Source: Thraustochytrium aureum (lineage: Eukaryota). Taken from it: a stretch of 55,647 bases of DNA. A program made the position numbers and the translations under genes. The notes under the pieces are model-generated. The model had not been told where the DNA came from. It was given only the letters and a program-made list of their open reading frames with translations, and did not search any database. The stretch lies in contig BLSG01000198.1 in assembly GCA_012862495.1 (NCBI GenBank), positions 7,364 to 63,010 on the forward strand. The letters are read 5' to 3'. Of the stretch, positions 45,670-55,647 are shown one piece after another (position 1 is the stretch's first letter; every line of letters starts with the position of its first letter).

Positions 45670-46305
45670 CGACAAGCGGAACTCCAGCTGCAGCGGCCCT
45701 GGCAGCCGCTTCAGACGGACTGAGTCCCGAGCCCGCCACAGTGTTGCATGGGGCAGCTGCGGGTCGAGCCCCACCCAGGCCGCGCGGCGCAGCGCACCGA
45801 GGAGCCCCACATACGAAACGGAAGCGCCGCCTGGCAAGCCAGGAAAGGCGAACGCCGCCCCGAAGCGCGCGTACAGGTACAGCGGCTCGACCAGCGAAAG
45901 GTGGTTGGCGAGGATCGTGTCGCCAGCGCGCACGGTCCCTCCGAAGGAGGCCCGCGCCCGCTCGCTCTGCGCCAGGCCCTGCTTGGAGAGCTTGCCCAGC
46001 CGCAGGCGGCGCGGGTCGGGCACGGACTCGTCCAAGGCCCAGTACCCGAGGACGGCCAGCAGAAGGCGCGCGAGCGGCCTGCAAAGCGCGGCGCGAACCA
46101 GTGCGCGCAGCGGGCCGAGGGCCGCGGCATCCTCCACGGCCAGCGCCAGGACGAGCGCCGCAAAAACAACCGCGGCGACCACGAGCCGCGCCGGCGCGAG
46201 CAGCGCGCCAAGCAGGGCCGCGGGCCAGCTGGCGGGCCGTCGCTTGAACGGCACGTACGGGTTGATCCCGCACGACTTGTCCTCCCAGCGCGTGAACTTT
46301 TCCAT
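45670..46305 (-). CDS. Lysophospholipid acyltransferase, Loa1/Vps66-like; 3' end in the gap
   Basis: N-terminal MEKFTRWEDKSCGINPYVP resembles the Loa1/Vps66 start. It is followed by a hydrophobic hairpin and the acyltransferase motif-I variant ANHLSLVE. Confidence 0.65.
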
Positions 46306-46428
46306 GGCCGCGAGGTGGCTGCTGCTCCGGCTGCTCCACTTGGCGGCCTGCTCGCTCGCTTGAGCGGCTGGCTCCCCAAGAGGAAAATACGAGGAGCCGC
46401 CAGCTCGCAAACGAACGATTGATTTCTT

Positions 46429-47757
46429 CTACTCGGTTGCGGGCATCAATACGGCGCCCTCTGCGACGAGCTTGTCGACATGGGCCGGCTCGTAGCCCAG
46501 GATATCGAAGAGGATCTCGCTCGAGTGCTGCCCCAGCTCGCAGCCGCCCCAGAGCGTCTGCCCCGGCGTCCTGGAGAGCTTTGGCGACATGCCCGGGACC
46601 TTGAGGTCGCGACCGAGGCTTGGGACGTGCACTGTCTCGATCATGCCCCGCGCGTTGTACTGCGGGTCGCGCACGATGTCCTCGATCGAGTAGATGAGGC
46701 CGTTGGGCACTTGCGCGGCGTCGACGGCGGCCATGACCTGCTCCGCGGTCCGCTCCTTGGCCCAGGCACCGATCAGGTCGTCCAAGAATCGCTGGTGCTG
46801 CACCCGCTTTTGGTTGTCGTCGTACTGGTCGCTGTCGGCGATGTCCTGCCGGCCGATTGCGGCCATGAGCCGCTTGAAGAGCGCGTTCGAGTTGGAGCCA
46901 ATCACGATCGCCTTGCCGTCCTTGGTCGGGTAGGTGTTTGTGGGCACGATCCCCGTGACCGTGGAGCCGGACGGCTCGCGCACGAGGCCGGCGCCGTCAT
47001 AGTCGGGCAGCACGCCCTCCATGACGCCCCACACGCTCTCGTAGATGGAAGAGTCGACCACTTGGAATCCGGCGCCGGCGTTGCCCTTCTGGCGCGCAAA
47101 GAGCGCCATGACCGTCCCAAGCGCGGCGTTGATCCCGGCGAGCGTGTCGCCCATGCTCAGGTTGGGCCGCACGCTGGGGCGGTCGGCAAACCCGTTGACG
47201 TACCGGAACCCGCCCATGGCCTCGCAGGCCGAGGCGAACCCGGGCCGCGGCGCGTACGGGCCGTCCTGGCCGTACCCGCTCACCCGCGTGTACACGATCG
47301 ATTCGTTGAGGGCTTCGATCACGTCCGGGCCGAGGCCCCACTGTTCCATCTTGCCCGGCCGAAAGTTCTCCAGCAGGACGTCGGCGTCCTTGCAGAGGTC
47401 GCGCACGACCTGCTGCGCGCCGGCCCGCTTCAAGTCGAGAACGATCGACTTTTTGTTGCGTCCGATGGAGCGCCACCACCACGAGGTCCCTGTCTGGTCC
47501 ACGTTCCGAAACGCGCGGATTTGGTCGCCGCCGGGCGGCTCCACCTTGATGACCTCCGCCCCATAGTACCCCAGAATCGTCGCGCAGTGCGGGCCAGCGA
47601 TAAAGTTGCCAACCTCGACCACGCGCACCCCAGCCAGCGGCCCGCCGTGCTTACCGCTGCTCGCCGCGTCCGCGCCGCGTCCAGCCAGGGCGCTCATCCT
47701 CCTTGCCGCCCATTTCGCGCCGCTCGTCGTCGGAGCGCCGCGCATCAGCCCGAGCAT
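46429..47757 (-). CDS. Family III (CaiB/BaiF) CoA-transferase, probably mitochondrial
   Basis: GPLAGVRVVE..IAGP..GAEVIKVEPPGGD, RNKKS, ADVLLENFRPG, SGYGQDGP and the catalytic MGD. The N-terminus is Arg-rich and presequence-like. Confidence 0.93.
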   Translation of the reverse strand: MLGLMRGAPTTSGAKWAARRMSALAGRGADAASSGKHGGPLAGVRVVEVGNFIAGPHCATILGYYGAEVIKVEPPGGDQIRAFRNVDQTGTSWWWRSIGRNKKSIVLDLKRAGAQQVVRDLCKDADVLLENFRPGKMEQWGLGPDVIEALNESIVYTRVSGYGQDGPYAPRPGFASACEAMGGFRYVNGFADRPSVRPNLSMGDTLAGINAALGTVMALFARQKGNAGAGFQVVDSSIYESVWGVMEGVLPDYDGAGLVREPSGSTVTGIVPTNTYPTKDGKAIVIGSNSNALFKRLMAAIGRQDIADSDQYDDNQKRVQHQRFLDDLIGAWAKERTAEQVMAAVDAAQVPNGLIYSIEDIVRDPQYNARGMIETVHVPSLGRDLKVPGMSPKLSRTPGQTLWGGCELGQHSSEILFDILGYEPAHVDKLVAEGAVLMPATE

Positions 47758-48404
47758 CCCCAACCAGCGAGCCAAACCGTNNNNNNNNNNNNNNNNNNNN
47801 NNNNNNNNNNNNNNNNNNNNNNNNNNNNNNNNNNNNNNNNNNNNNNNNNNNNNNNNNNNNNNNNNNNNNNNNNNNNNNNNNNNNNNNNNNNNNNNNNNNN
47901 NNNNNNNNNNNNNNNNNNNNNNNNNNNNNNNNNNNNNNNNNNNNNNNNNNNNNNNNNNNNNNNNNNNNNNNNNNNNNNNNNNNNNNNNNNNNNNNNNNNN
48001 NNNNNNNNNNNNNNNNNNNNNNNNNNNNNNNNNNNNNNNNNNNNNNNNNNNNNNNNNNNNNNNNNNNNNNNNNNNNNNNNNNNNNNNNNNNNNNNNNNNN
48101 NNNNNNNNNNNNNNNNNNNNNNNNNNNNNNNNNNNNNNNNNNNNNNNNNNNNNNNNNNNNNNNNNNNNNNNNNNNNNNNNNNNNNNNNNNNNNNNNNNNN
48201 NNNNNNNNNNNNNNNNNNNNNNNNNNNNNNNNNNNNNNNNNNNNNNNNNNNNNNNNNNNNNNNNNNNNNNNNNNNNNNNNNNNNNNNNNNNNNNNNNNNN
48301 NNNNNNNNNNNNNNNNNNNNNNNNNNNNNNNNNNNNNNNNNNNNNNNNNNNNNNNNNNNNNNNNNNNNNNNNNNNNNNNNNNNNNNNNNNNNNNNNNNNN
48401 NNNN

Positions 48405-49179
48405 CATGGACGGGTTTCCAGCCCCGTTCGCGGTGAAACGAGACAAGTTTATGCGAGCCTCGGGGGTGTACGGGTGCGTTGCGGGATGCTGCGTGCCATC
48501 GGGGCTGATGCGGCCCTTGCTGTTCTGCGCGCAGCGTGCGTTTGCGAAATTCGCGTCGCACGCGTTCCCGGTGCGCGTGATTGCCGCGCAGATGAACGGG
48601 TCCGCGTTTTGGAGGAGCACGAGGCGCGAGTTTGCCCTGATGATGGACCTTGCAGACGCCGCCAGCGCCGCCTGGGGCCCGCTTGACGTCTCGAAGGGCG
48701 GGTGCAGCAAGCTCCGAGAGGGGCTGCAGCGGGTCGAGCCCGCAAACTGCGGCGATTTCCAGGACGGGCAGTGGGTGCCCGGCGACCGCTCGCCGATCGA
48801 GCTCGGCGACTCGTGGGCCACTGCGGACGAGTCTTTGGCGCTGATGCGGCTTGTGGTGGAGGACCGCGCGCAGGCCAGCCCGCTTGCGCTCGTTTTGGGC
48901 AAGATCCCGGTTCGGGTAATGTCGGCTCGCTCCTACAGCTACTGCGGGGGCAACTCTTTCTACGACGCAGAGATGAAGGCGCTTGCTGGTGCCGAGCACG
49001 CGCTGCAAGCCTTCGTTGCGGGCGACATGGGCAAGCGGTACGTGTTCCCCAAGATTGGGCACGACTCGATCTTCCTCAGCACGGGGGCGATCGTTCAATG
49101 TTGCCGCGAGCTGGTGGCCGATTTGGGTTTTTCCGGCCTCGAGGCGGCCCAGAGCGGGAGAGTCTTGGTCCACATATGA
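48405..49179 (+). CDS. Probable alpha/beta-hydrolase C-terminal half; 5' end in the gap
   Basis: 257-codon frame emerging from the gap. LGKIPVRVMSA and FPKIGHDSI fit the late beta-strand and catalytic-His motifs; the nucleophile motif is not visible. Confidence 0.5.
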
Positions 49180-49524
49180 TGAGGATGGCGTGACGAGCGT
49201 TGGGGCGGGACGGTTGTGCTGCGACGAGCGCAGCGCATGATCGATGTGCAATAGTTTCGAGACGGTTTGGTGCGAGTCCAACGCTGGAGATGGCGAGCGC
49301 TGTGGCGATGCGGTTCAGTAGAGTACGGTGTAAAGCAAACAGGTACAACAGAGCAGTAGAGCACCAGTTGGTAGCGAGTTGAATTCGCGGTGCCCCGGTT
49401 GCAAGGTGAGCGCGCAGCCAGAGGCCCACGCCCGAACGCGCCAAGTCGGTCTACACGAAACCAAGACAGGCGGAAGAGCACAAGGCGAACGAATAATTGC
49501 CCAGAGAATTTACTTTCCAGTCAT

Positions 49525-50199
49525 CTACTCGGCGTCCTCCTCGCCCCCCTTCTTGCCAGCGCTCTTGCGCGCGACACGGCCAGGGCGGCCCTGGCCGAAC
49601 GGCGAGGTGAAAGAAAAGTCGATGTGCTTCTCAGAGTCGCTACGCACCATGAAGCTCGGGACGTTAACAAGACGCTTGCCGACGCGAATGTGGCGCTGGC
49701 GGATCAGAACACGTGCATGGTGGATCGACTTGGCGAGCCCCTGCTTGAAGACCTTGGTCTGCAGGCGGCGCTCAAGGAAGCGCTGAGTGGACAGCTGGAG
49801 CACAAAGTCCAGGCGGTTCTCCTCCTCGGTCAGCACACCATACCGGACCATGCGGCGCATGAGCGCCTGGCCCTCGAAGATACGCTTGGGGTCCTTCTCG
49901 TCAAGGGTGAGAAGCTGACGGGCAGCCGCTCGGATCTTGGCCAGAATCAGCTGCGTGCGCCAGATCTCGCGCTTGCACCGCAGGCCATACTCGCCGCAGA
50001 GCTTGAGCTCCTGGTCGAGACGCTGCACAGCTCACCCCCACGCGTCAGCGGTCCATCCCCCTCCCCTCGCCGCACCCCCCGCGGACCCCCAGCATCCGCG
50101 CGGACCCCGCGAGCCAAGCCCACTCACCTCCTTCTCGTACGGCCTGCGCGGCGGGTTGCCGACCTTGCGGTAGTTGCGGTGGTTGGAGATCTTCGGCAT
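49525..50199 (-). CDS. RPS9: 40S ribosomal protein S9 (uS4), two exons (50128-50199 and 49525-50022)
   Basis: [71 protein letters not shown]. Confidence 0.97.
50023..50127 (-). other. Spliceosomal intron of RPS9 (105 nt, phase 0)
   Basis: GTGAGT donor, GCTGAC branch-like site, TGCAG acceptor and an in-frame TGA inside. Confidence 0.9.
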
Positions 50200-50876
50200 C
50201 NNNNNNNNNNNNNNNNNNNNNNNNNNNNNNNNNNNNNNNNNNNNNNNNNNNNNNNNNNNNNNNNNNNNNNNNNNNNNNNNNNNNNNNNNNNNNNNNNNNN
50301 NNNNNNNNNNNNNNNNNNNNNNNNNNNNNNNNNNNNNNNNNNNNNNNNNNNNNNNNNNNNNNNNNNNNNNNNNNNNNNNNNNNNNNNNNNNNNNNNNNNN
50401 NNNNNNNNNNNNNNNNNNNNNNNNNNNNNNNNNNNNNNNNNNNNNNNNNNNNNNNNNNNNNNNNNNNNNNNNNNNNNNNNNNNNNNNNNNNNNNNNNNNN
50501 NNNNNNNNNNNNNNNNNNNNNNNNNNNNNNNNNNNNNNNNNNNNNNNNNNNNNNNNNNNNNNNNNNNNNNNNNNNNNNNNNNNNNNNNNNNNNNNNNNNN
50601 NNNNNNNNNNNNNNNNNNNNNNNNNNNNNNNNNNNNNNNNNNNNNNNNNNNNNNNNNNNNNNNNNNNNNNNNNNNNNNNNNNNNNNNNNNNNNNNNNNNN
50701 NNNNNNNNNNNNNNNNNNNNNNNNNNNNNNNNNNNNNNNNNNNNNNNNNNNNNNNNNNNNNNNNNNNNNNNNNNNNNNNNNNNNNNNNNNNNNNNNNNNN
50801 NNNNNNNNNNNNNNNNNNNNNNNNNNNNNNNNNNNNNNNNNNNNNNNNNNNNNNNNNGTGCGGTGACAGCCTGGAC

Positions 50877-51010
50877 GTTGGTTGTTGTTGTTGTTGTTGT
50901 TGTTGATGATGGTGAGGGCGATGGTGCCTGCGGGGTGCACTACGGAGGATGATCTTGGTGGTGGCGGGGGCTGTGCTGGCGTGGGGCTGGGCTGGGGCTG
51001 GGCTGGGCTG
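50877..51010. repeat. (GTT)n and (GGGCT)n microsatellites in a probable intron
   Basis: GTT run at about 50877-50905 and GGGCT run at about 50984-51010, upstream of a GCTGAC..CAG acceptor. Confidence 0.8.
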
Positions 51011-51067
51011 GCGTGGGCCAGGTGCTGACGCTTTGATTTGATGGGGTTTGCGCGCGCAGCACAACAG

Positions 51068-51256
51068 ATTCCGAGGAGCAAGGGCATGCGCGCCCGCACC
51101 GAGCAGGCGGGCAAGCGCAAGCGGGGGGCGGCGACTGCAAGCGGCAAGGAGGAGAAGCCCGTGGTGAGCCCCATGCTGCTTGGGTTTTTCTTGTTTGTCG
51201 TCGTGGGCTCAGCCTTCTTCCAGATTCTGCAGGTCTTCCTGGACGGGATGAAGTGA
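51068..51256 (+). CDS. RAMP4/SERP1 stress-associated ER protein, last exon
   Basis: KPVVSPMLLGFFLFVVVGSAFFQIL matches the RAMP4 tail anchor. It is preceded by GCTGAC (about 51023) and a CAG acceptor ending at 51067. Confidence 0.8.
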   Translation: MPRSKGMRARTEQAGKRKRGAATASGKEEKPVVSPMLLGFFLFVVVGSAFFQILQVFLDGMK

Positions 51257-51621
51257 GCTTGATTGAGCTTTTCTCCTTTTTCCATTTTTTTTCTCATTTC
51301 CTTTCGCTGCTCTGTTCGCTCTGCCGCCTCCTCGCCAATCCACCTGCGCGCCAAGCCGCGCAGAGCGGCCGTGGGTCGTGCTCGGCCGGCTCGCCGCGTG
51401 CGGCCCTTGGTTGTACCGCTCGACCTGCTACTGGCTGCAACACGCGGCTCGCGCGCCGCCCTCCCCCTGCTGGTCCAATTCACATCAACGCTGGAAAGAT
51501 TTTTCTTGTCAATACTCTGTCAGAAACGCCACGTGAGCAGGGCGCGCATGCGACTCGAGGGTCGCGCACACCGGCAAGCCCCGTGCTGCTGCTGCAGCAC
51601 CGCCCGCTCGCAGGCGCACCC

Positions 51622-52250
51622 CTAGTTGGAGCCGGCGACGACGCGGATCGCCTTGTTCACCATTTCCGCCTCGAACGGGCAGCTGCCCACGAGCTCGCCG
51701 TCCACGTTGACCGACTTTTCTCCAGTCAGCGTGTTGCCCTTCTGTGGGGTCACCTTGAACGACTTGACCTGGTACTCGGACACGTTGGCCTTGGCCAGGT
51801 GCTTGCCCTTTCCGCCGCAGTCAACGTGGCGATCATCTTGGCGACGCGGCCGTGCCTGATGAGCACAAGGTCCATGAGGCCATCGTCGAGCTTGGCGCTC
51901 GGGCAGAACGCGAGGCGCTCGCCCATGTGGACTGTGACCTGACCCTGCACCATGGCGTACTTGCCCGACACCGTGGTCACCTTGCCGTCCTTGTCCACCA
52001 TCTCGATGTCGCACTTGTACCCGCGGTTGCGAAGCAGCGACTGGTAAGCAGCCAGCTTGTACTGGGCGCCGCCCAGCCAGCGGAGCGAGTTGGCCACGCG
52101 CATCACCGTCGTCGGCAGCCCGTAGCCAACGATGTTGATCGAGTAGACCACGTTCGAGCCCGAGCCCTTGGCCTCGGCGCCTGCCTCGGCGCTTGCCTCG
52201 GCGCCCTGGGCCGCCATTGCGGTAGACTCGCTCAGCGAGGTCACCTTGGC
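51622..52250 (-). CDS. Diacylglycerol-kinase-family lipid kinase (sphingosine kinase/YegS-like), C-terminal part; frameshift near 51810
   Basis: SINIVGYGL, LRWLGGAQY, FCPSAKLDDGLMDLV, VNVDGEL. One extra A gives AAEKGKHL and joins the frames. Confidence 0.8.
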
Positions 52251-53281
52251 NNNNNNNNNNNNNNNNNNNNNNNNNNNNNNNNNNNNNNNNNNNNNNNNNN
52301 NNNNNNNNNNNNNNNNNNNNNNNNNNNNNNNNNNNNNNNNNNNNNNNNNNNNNNNNNNNNNNNNNNNNNNNNNNNNNNNNNNNNNNNNNNNNNNNNNNNN
52401 NNNNNNNNNNNNNNNNNNNNNNNNNNNNNNNNNNNNNNNNNNNNNNNNNNNNNNNNNNNNNNNNNNNNNNNNNNNNNNNNNNNNNNNNNNNNNNNNNNNN
52501 NNNNNNNNNNNNNNNNNNNNNNNNNNNNNNNNNNNNNNNNNNNNNNNNNNNNNNNNNNNNNNNNNNNNNNNNNNNNNNNNNNNNNNNNNNNNNNNNNNNN
52601 NNNNNNNNNNNNNNNNNNNNNNNNNNNNNNNNNNNNNNNNNNNNNNNNNNNNNNNNNNNNNNNNNNNNNNNNNNNNNNNNNNNNNNNNNNNNNNNNNNNN
52701 NNNNNNNNNNNNNNNNNNNNNNNNNNNNNNNNNNNNNNNNNNNNNNNNNNNNNNNNNNNNNNNNNNNNNNNNNNNNNNNNNNNNNNNNNNNNNNNNNNNN
52801 NNNNNNNNNNNNNNNNNNNNNNNNNNNNNNNNNNNNNNNNNNNNNNNNNNNNNNNNNNNNNNNNNNNNNNNNNNNNNNNNNNNNNNNNNNNNNNNNNNNN
52901 NNNNNNNNNNNNNNNNNNNNNNNNNNNNNNNNNNNNNNNNNNNNNNNNNNNNNNNNNNNNNNNNNNNNNNNNNNNNNNNNNNNNNNNNNNNNNNNNNNNN
53001 NNNNNNNNNNNNNNNNNNNNNNNNNNNNNNNNNNNNNNNNNNNNNNNNNNNNNNNNNNNNNNNNNNNNNGAAATGGTAGTTGCCTCTGCAATGGGTGGCT
53101 GCTTCGCACACCGTGGCCTGCGAGCGGCGTGCGGGTGATACGAGGCGCGGCGCACTGTTTGGCTGAAGCGGGTTATTCATAAATAGAGGGATTTCGGGCC
53201 GCTGCTATCTGCCTACGAAGACGAGACTCGAGCTCTCCAGTCTTGCTCCAGAGAGTACTCTGCCGCTGGAGGCTGCGGAGG

Positions 53282-53389
53282 CCCTGCCGCGCAGGCTTCG
53301 CCTGGTTTTCTCCCTGCCGCGCAGGCTTCGCCTGGTTTTCTCCCTGCCGCGCAGGCTTCGCCTGGTTTTCTCCCTGCCGCGCAGGCTTC
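53282..53389. repeat. Perfect 30-bp tandem repeat, about 3.6 copies
   Basis: CCCTGCCGCGCAGGCTTCGCCTGGTTTTCT three times plus an 18-bp partial copy, with no spacers. Confidence 0.95.
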
Positions 53390-53600
53390 TCCACCAAGAG
53401 GTTGCTTGGTGCAACTATTTCGATCCGCGGGTGACCGATCGTCAGCAAAGGCGTCACGGACGTTTCGTGTCAACACCGCAAGGCCACTCTTTCTTCGTCA
53501 CGCTCGTCGCCATCGTCGGGCTTTTGGTTGTCAGTTTGGTTCCCATTGGACACTGGTCTCGGGATGCGAAGAGCAGGACGGCGGGACGCCATTCAAGAAT

Positions 53601-55031
53601 TCAAAACCAAAGCGCAACGTTGACGAGCATGACCAGGACGCCAAACACGATGAGCAGGCCGCATCCAACTCGCTCAAGAGCCGAGTCGGGGCGGACCACC
53701 ATGAGGTAGAACATGCCCGGCAGCGTGAACGACATGTTCGAGACCGAAAGCGTCCCCGCGATGTTAAGCAGCGTGCTCAGCCGCAATCCAATGCTCGCCA
53801 CCGCAAAGGTGAGAACGAGTAACGCGCTAACTGAGCCGAGGTAGAGCGCGCGCGCAGACTTGCCGTGCAGCCGGCGCCCTGTGCACAGATGGTGGACGCG
53901 CGCGACCAAATCGACAAAGGCGTCGCGGCACGGGTGCATCAGAAGCGGGTAGCTGACGGTCAGCAGAAAGGCCAGCCCGACGCGAACAACGGTAAGCTCT
54001 GCCGTGAGCGGGTAGCTCCCCAGCAAGTCGTCCGCGACGTGGCTGCCAAACGTCAAGTAGCCCGCAAACGCAAACGTAAGGTACAGGAGAGACACCAGGC
54101 ACATAGCTGCTGACGTGCCGGCGCGCAAACGCCCCATCGTCGGCCGCCGCAGGTCGTTGTACAAGGGAAGGAGGCTCTGCGCGCAGGAAAACGAAGTCAG
54201 CATCGTTGGAAAGCTCGACATCACCGCGCCAAAGTCCAAGTTTACCGCTTCGATGCTCCCGACGCAGCAGGCGCTGCCCGGCAACTCGGTGACGCAACAC
54301 GACTCGTCCCGACAAACGGTCAAGTTGTTTGCTTGCATAAACCTTGCGCAAACCTGCTCCAGCGGTTTTGTCGCGTAAAAGATCACCACGACGGTTGCAT
54401 AGAGGATAAAGACCACTGCAGCTGCGCTCGAGTACTGCAACACGGTCATCTTGCGCGGAAACGACAGCGGCACGCCGACGAGCGCCCAGGGCAGCACAAT
54501 CCAGGTAATCCGCTGAAGGTACCAGGCCCCGCTCGACGCGCTCTCCCCGGCCATAAACTCGACGGCAGGAACCAAAAAGTCGGCCGCCGTGCCCAAGTAG
54601 ACCATACAGATCGTAAAGCAAAACTCCCACACAAGGAAGGAGGTGGCGAGCGCAAGCCATGGGCTGGCCGTCGATGCAACGGCTCCAAGCGACAGCTGGT
54701 CCCCGCCTAGCTTGATCGCGACCCTGGACAAACACAGCAGCCCGCACTGCGTCGTAGCCGCGCCCAAAACCACCAGCGTCGTTCCGACGGCCCACCCTGT
54801 CTGGCCGACCGCCCATGGCAGGCCCAGGATCCCAGCTCCAATCATCGTGTTGACCAAGTTGGCCACTAATCCGAACATGCCACCACGCCGCTCGCCATGG
54901 TCGACTCCGAAAGCAGTGGCACTCTCCGGCACGTCATCCGCAGCGCAGTCGTCCTGGACCGAGTCCGGCCTAATTTGCTCAGCTGGCCCGGGAAGGCCCT
55001 CCACCTCGAGATCAACGTCCTTGAGCGTCAT
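53601..55031 (-). CDS. Amino acid transporter, AAAP/SLC38-like family
   Basis: ATG at 55031, NLVNTMIGAGILGLPWAV, PLSFPRKM..LQYSS, FSCAQSLLPLYNDL, AGYLTFG, SYPL, and about 11 TM segments. Confidence 0.92.
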   Translation of the reverse strand: MTLKDVDLEVEGLPGPAEQIRPDSVQDDCAADDVPESATAFGVDHGERRGGMFGLVANLVNTMIGAGILGLPWAVGQTGWAVGTTLVVLGAATTQCGLLCLSRVAIKLGGDQLSLGAVASTASPWLALATSFLVWEFCFTICMVYLGTAADFLVPAVEFMAGESASSGAWYLQRITWIVLPWALVGVPLSFPRKMTVLQYSSAAAVVFILYATVVVIFYATKPLEQVCARFMQANNLTVCRDESCCVTELPGSACCVGSIEAVNLDFGAVMSSFPTMLTSFSCAQSLLPLYNDLRRPTMGRLRAGTSAAMCLVSLLYLTFAFAGYLTFGSHVADDLLGSYPLTAELTVVRVGLAFLLTVSYPLLMHPCRDAFVDLVARVHHLCTGRRLHGKSARALYLGSVSALLVLTFAVASIGLRLSTLLNIAGTLSVSNMSFTLPGMFYLMVVRPDSALERVGCGLLIVFGVLVMLVNVALWF

Positions 55032-55647
55032 GCCTTTCTCCGAGCGATCGCCTTGAAGACTTGCTCGGCTTTGCGTGAGCGCTTTTCCGTTCTGGCGCTG
55101 TCGGGTCGCGCGCGGCTCTGCGCTGCACCTCGCTACTTTGGCGAAGGCCGGCAATTGTGTTCTGTCCGCAAATTCTGCACGACGACCGGTGGCATGAAAG
55201 CCTCCGCAAGCACTTGGCGGTTGGAGGTTCTTCTTGCATGTCTGTTCGTTCACGCGCAGTTCACGCGAGGCTTGCGTTTGACCGGTTGCCGATCTCGAAT
55301 TAGTCAGTTGATTTCTTTTTTTTTCCCGACGAACTTCAGCTCTCGGCCTCCGCACGGTGCTGCCCACAGGGCACTGTAAGCCAACCGGTAGCCCAGGTCT
55401 GCAAGTCTGTTGCTCGTGCCGAGTCCCAACACGGCAACGTCTCATGGCGGTATCCTGCGCACCCAGTCAAACGAACATACTCTACACACAGAGTTCAGCC
55501 AAGAAAAAAATGTTTTCCTCAAGTCCAGGCCCGGAGCCCAGAATTCAGCCAATCCAGGCAAAGCCGGCAACTTGGGACACATCGGGAATTGATGCAGCTG
55601 AGCTGTGCCAAGTCAAGGGCTCGTTCTCGGCAGGCTTGCAACACCTG

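Noticed and set aside
46480..49281. Very long ORFs spanning N-gaps (e.g. 899 and 950 aa) as fusion proteins
   Set aside because: They are artefacts of translating through Ns. The two sides encode different genes on opposite strands.
5409..51811. Programmed ribosomal frameshifting or mass pseudogenisation
   Set aside because: Shifts occur in both directions at unrelated runs with no shared slippery or stop motif, and they hit housekeeping genes such as USP and myosin that are otherwise intact.
53282..53389. CRISPR array (30-bp partly palindromic repeats)
   Set aside because: The units are directly adjacent with no spacers, no cas genes are nearby, and the context is eukaryotic.

Overview
Gene-dense, GC-rich, intron-poor eukaryotic scaffold with 14 N-gaps. 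A protist origin, plausibly a flagellated stramenopile, is inferred from gene content only. About 20 protein genes are recognisable; I saw no RNA genes, transposons or CRISPR arrays. Many genes are split by 1-nt indels, mostly at homopolymer runs, which most likely are sequencing errors, so the ORF track fragments real genes. The main find is at 7245-14016 (+). After three such indels are repaired, it reads as one ~2,250-aa protein: nicotinamidase (PncA)-like domain, ankyrin repeats, UBR-type Zn finger, two ryanodine-receptor (RyR) repeats, more ankyrin repeats, a polycystin/TRPP-type 6-TM channel, a coiled coil and a possible winged helix. Its nicotinamidase domain keeps the metal ligands, catalytic Asp and catalytic Cys but has Ala at the catalytic Lys position, suggesting a nicotinamide-sensing 'chanzyme'. 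Other notable items are a PHD+RAMA chromatin reader, a GOLD-UMP/CMP kinase fusion (possibly continuing into an AKR7 reductase), a CPLANE1/JBTS17-like protein, a WW-myosin-MyTH4, a TIR/HET-like-TPR protein and a pseudo-receiver protein. All family calls come from visual motif recognition; no database search was run.
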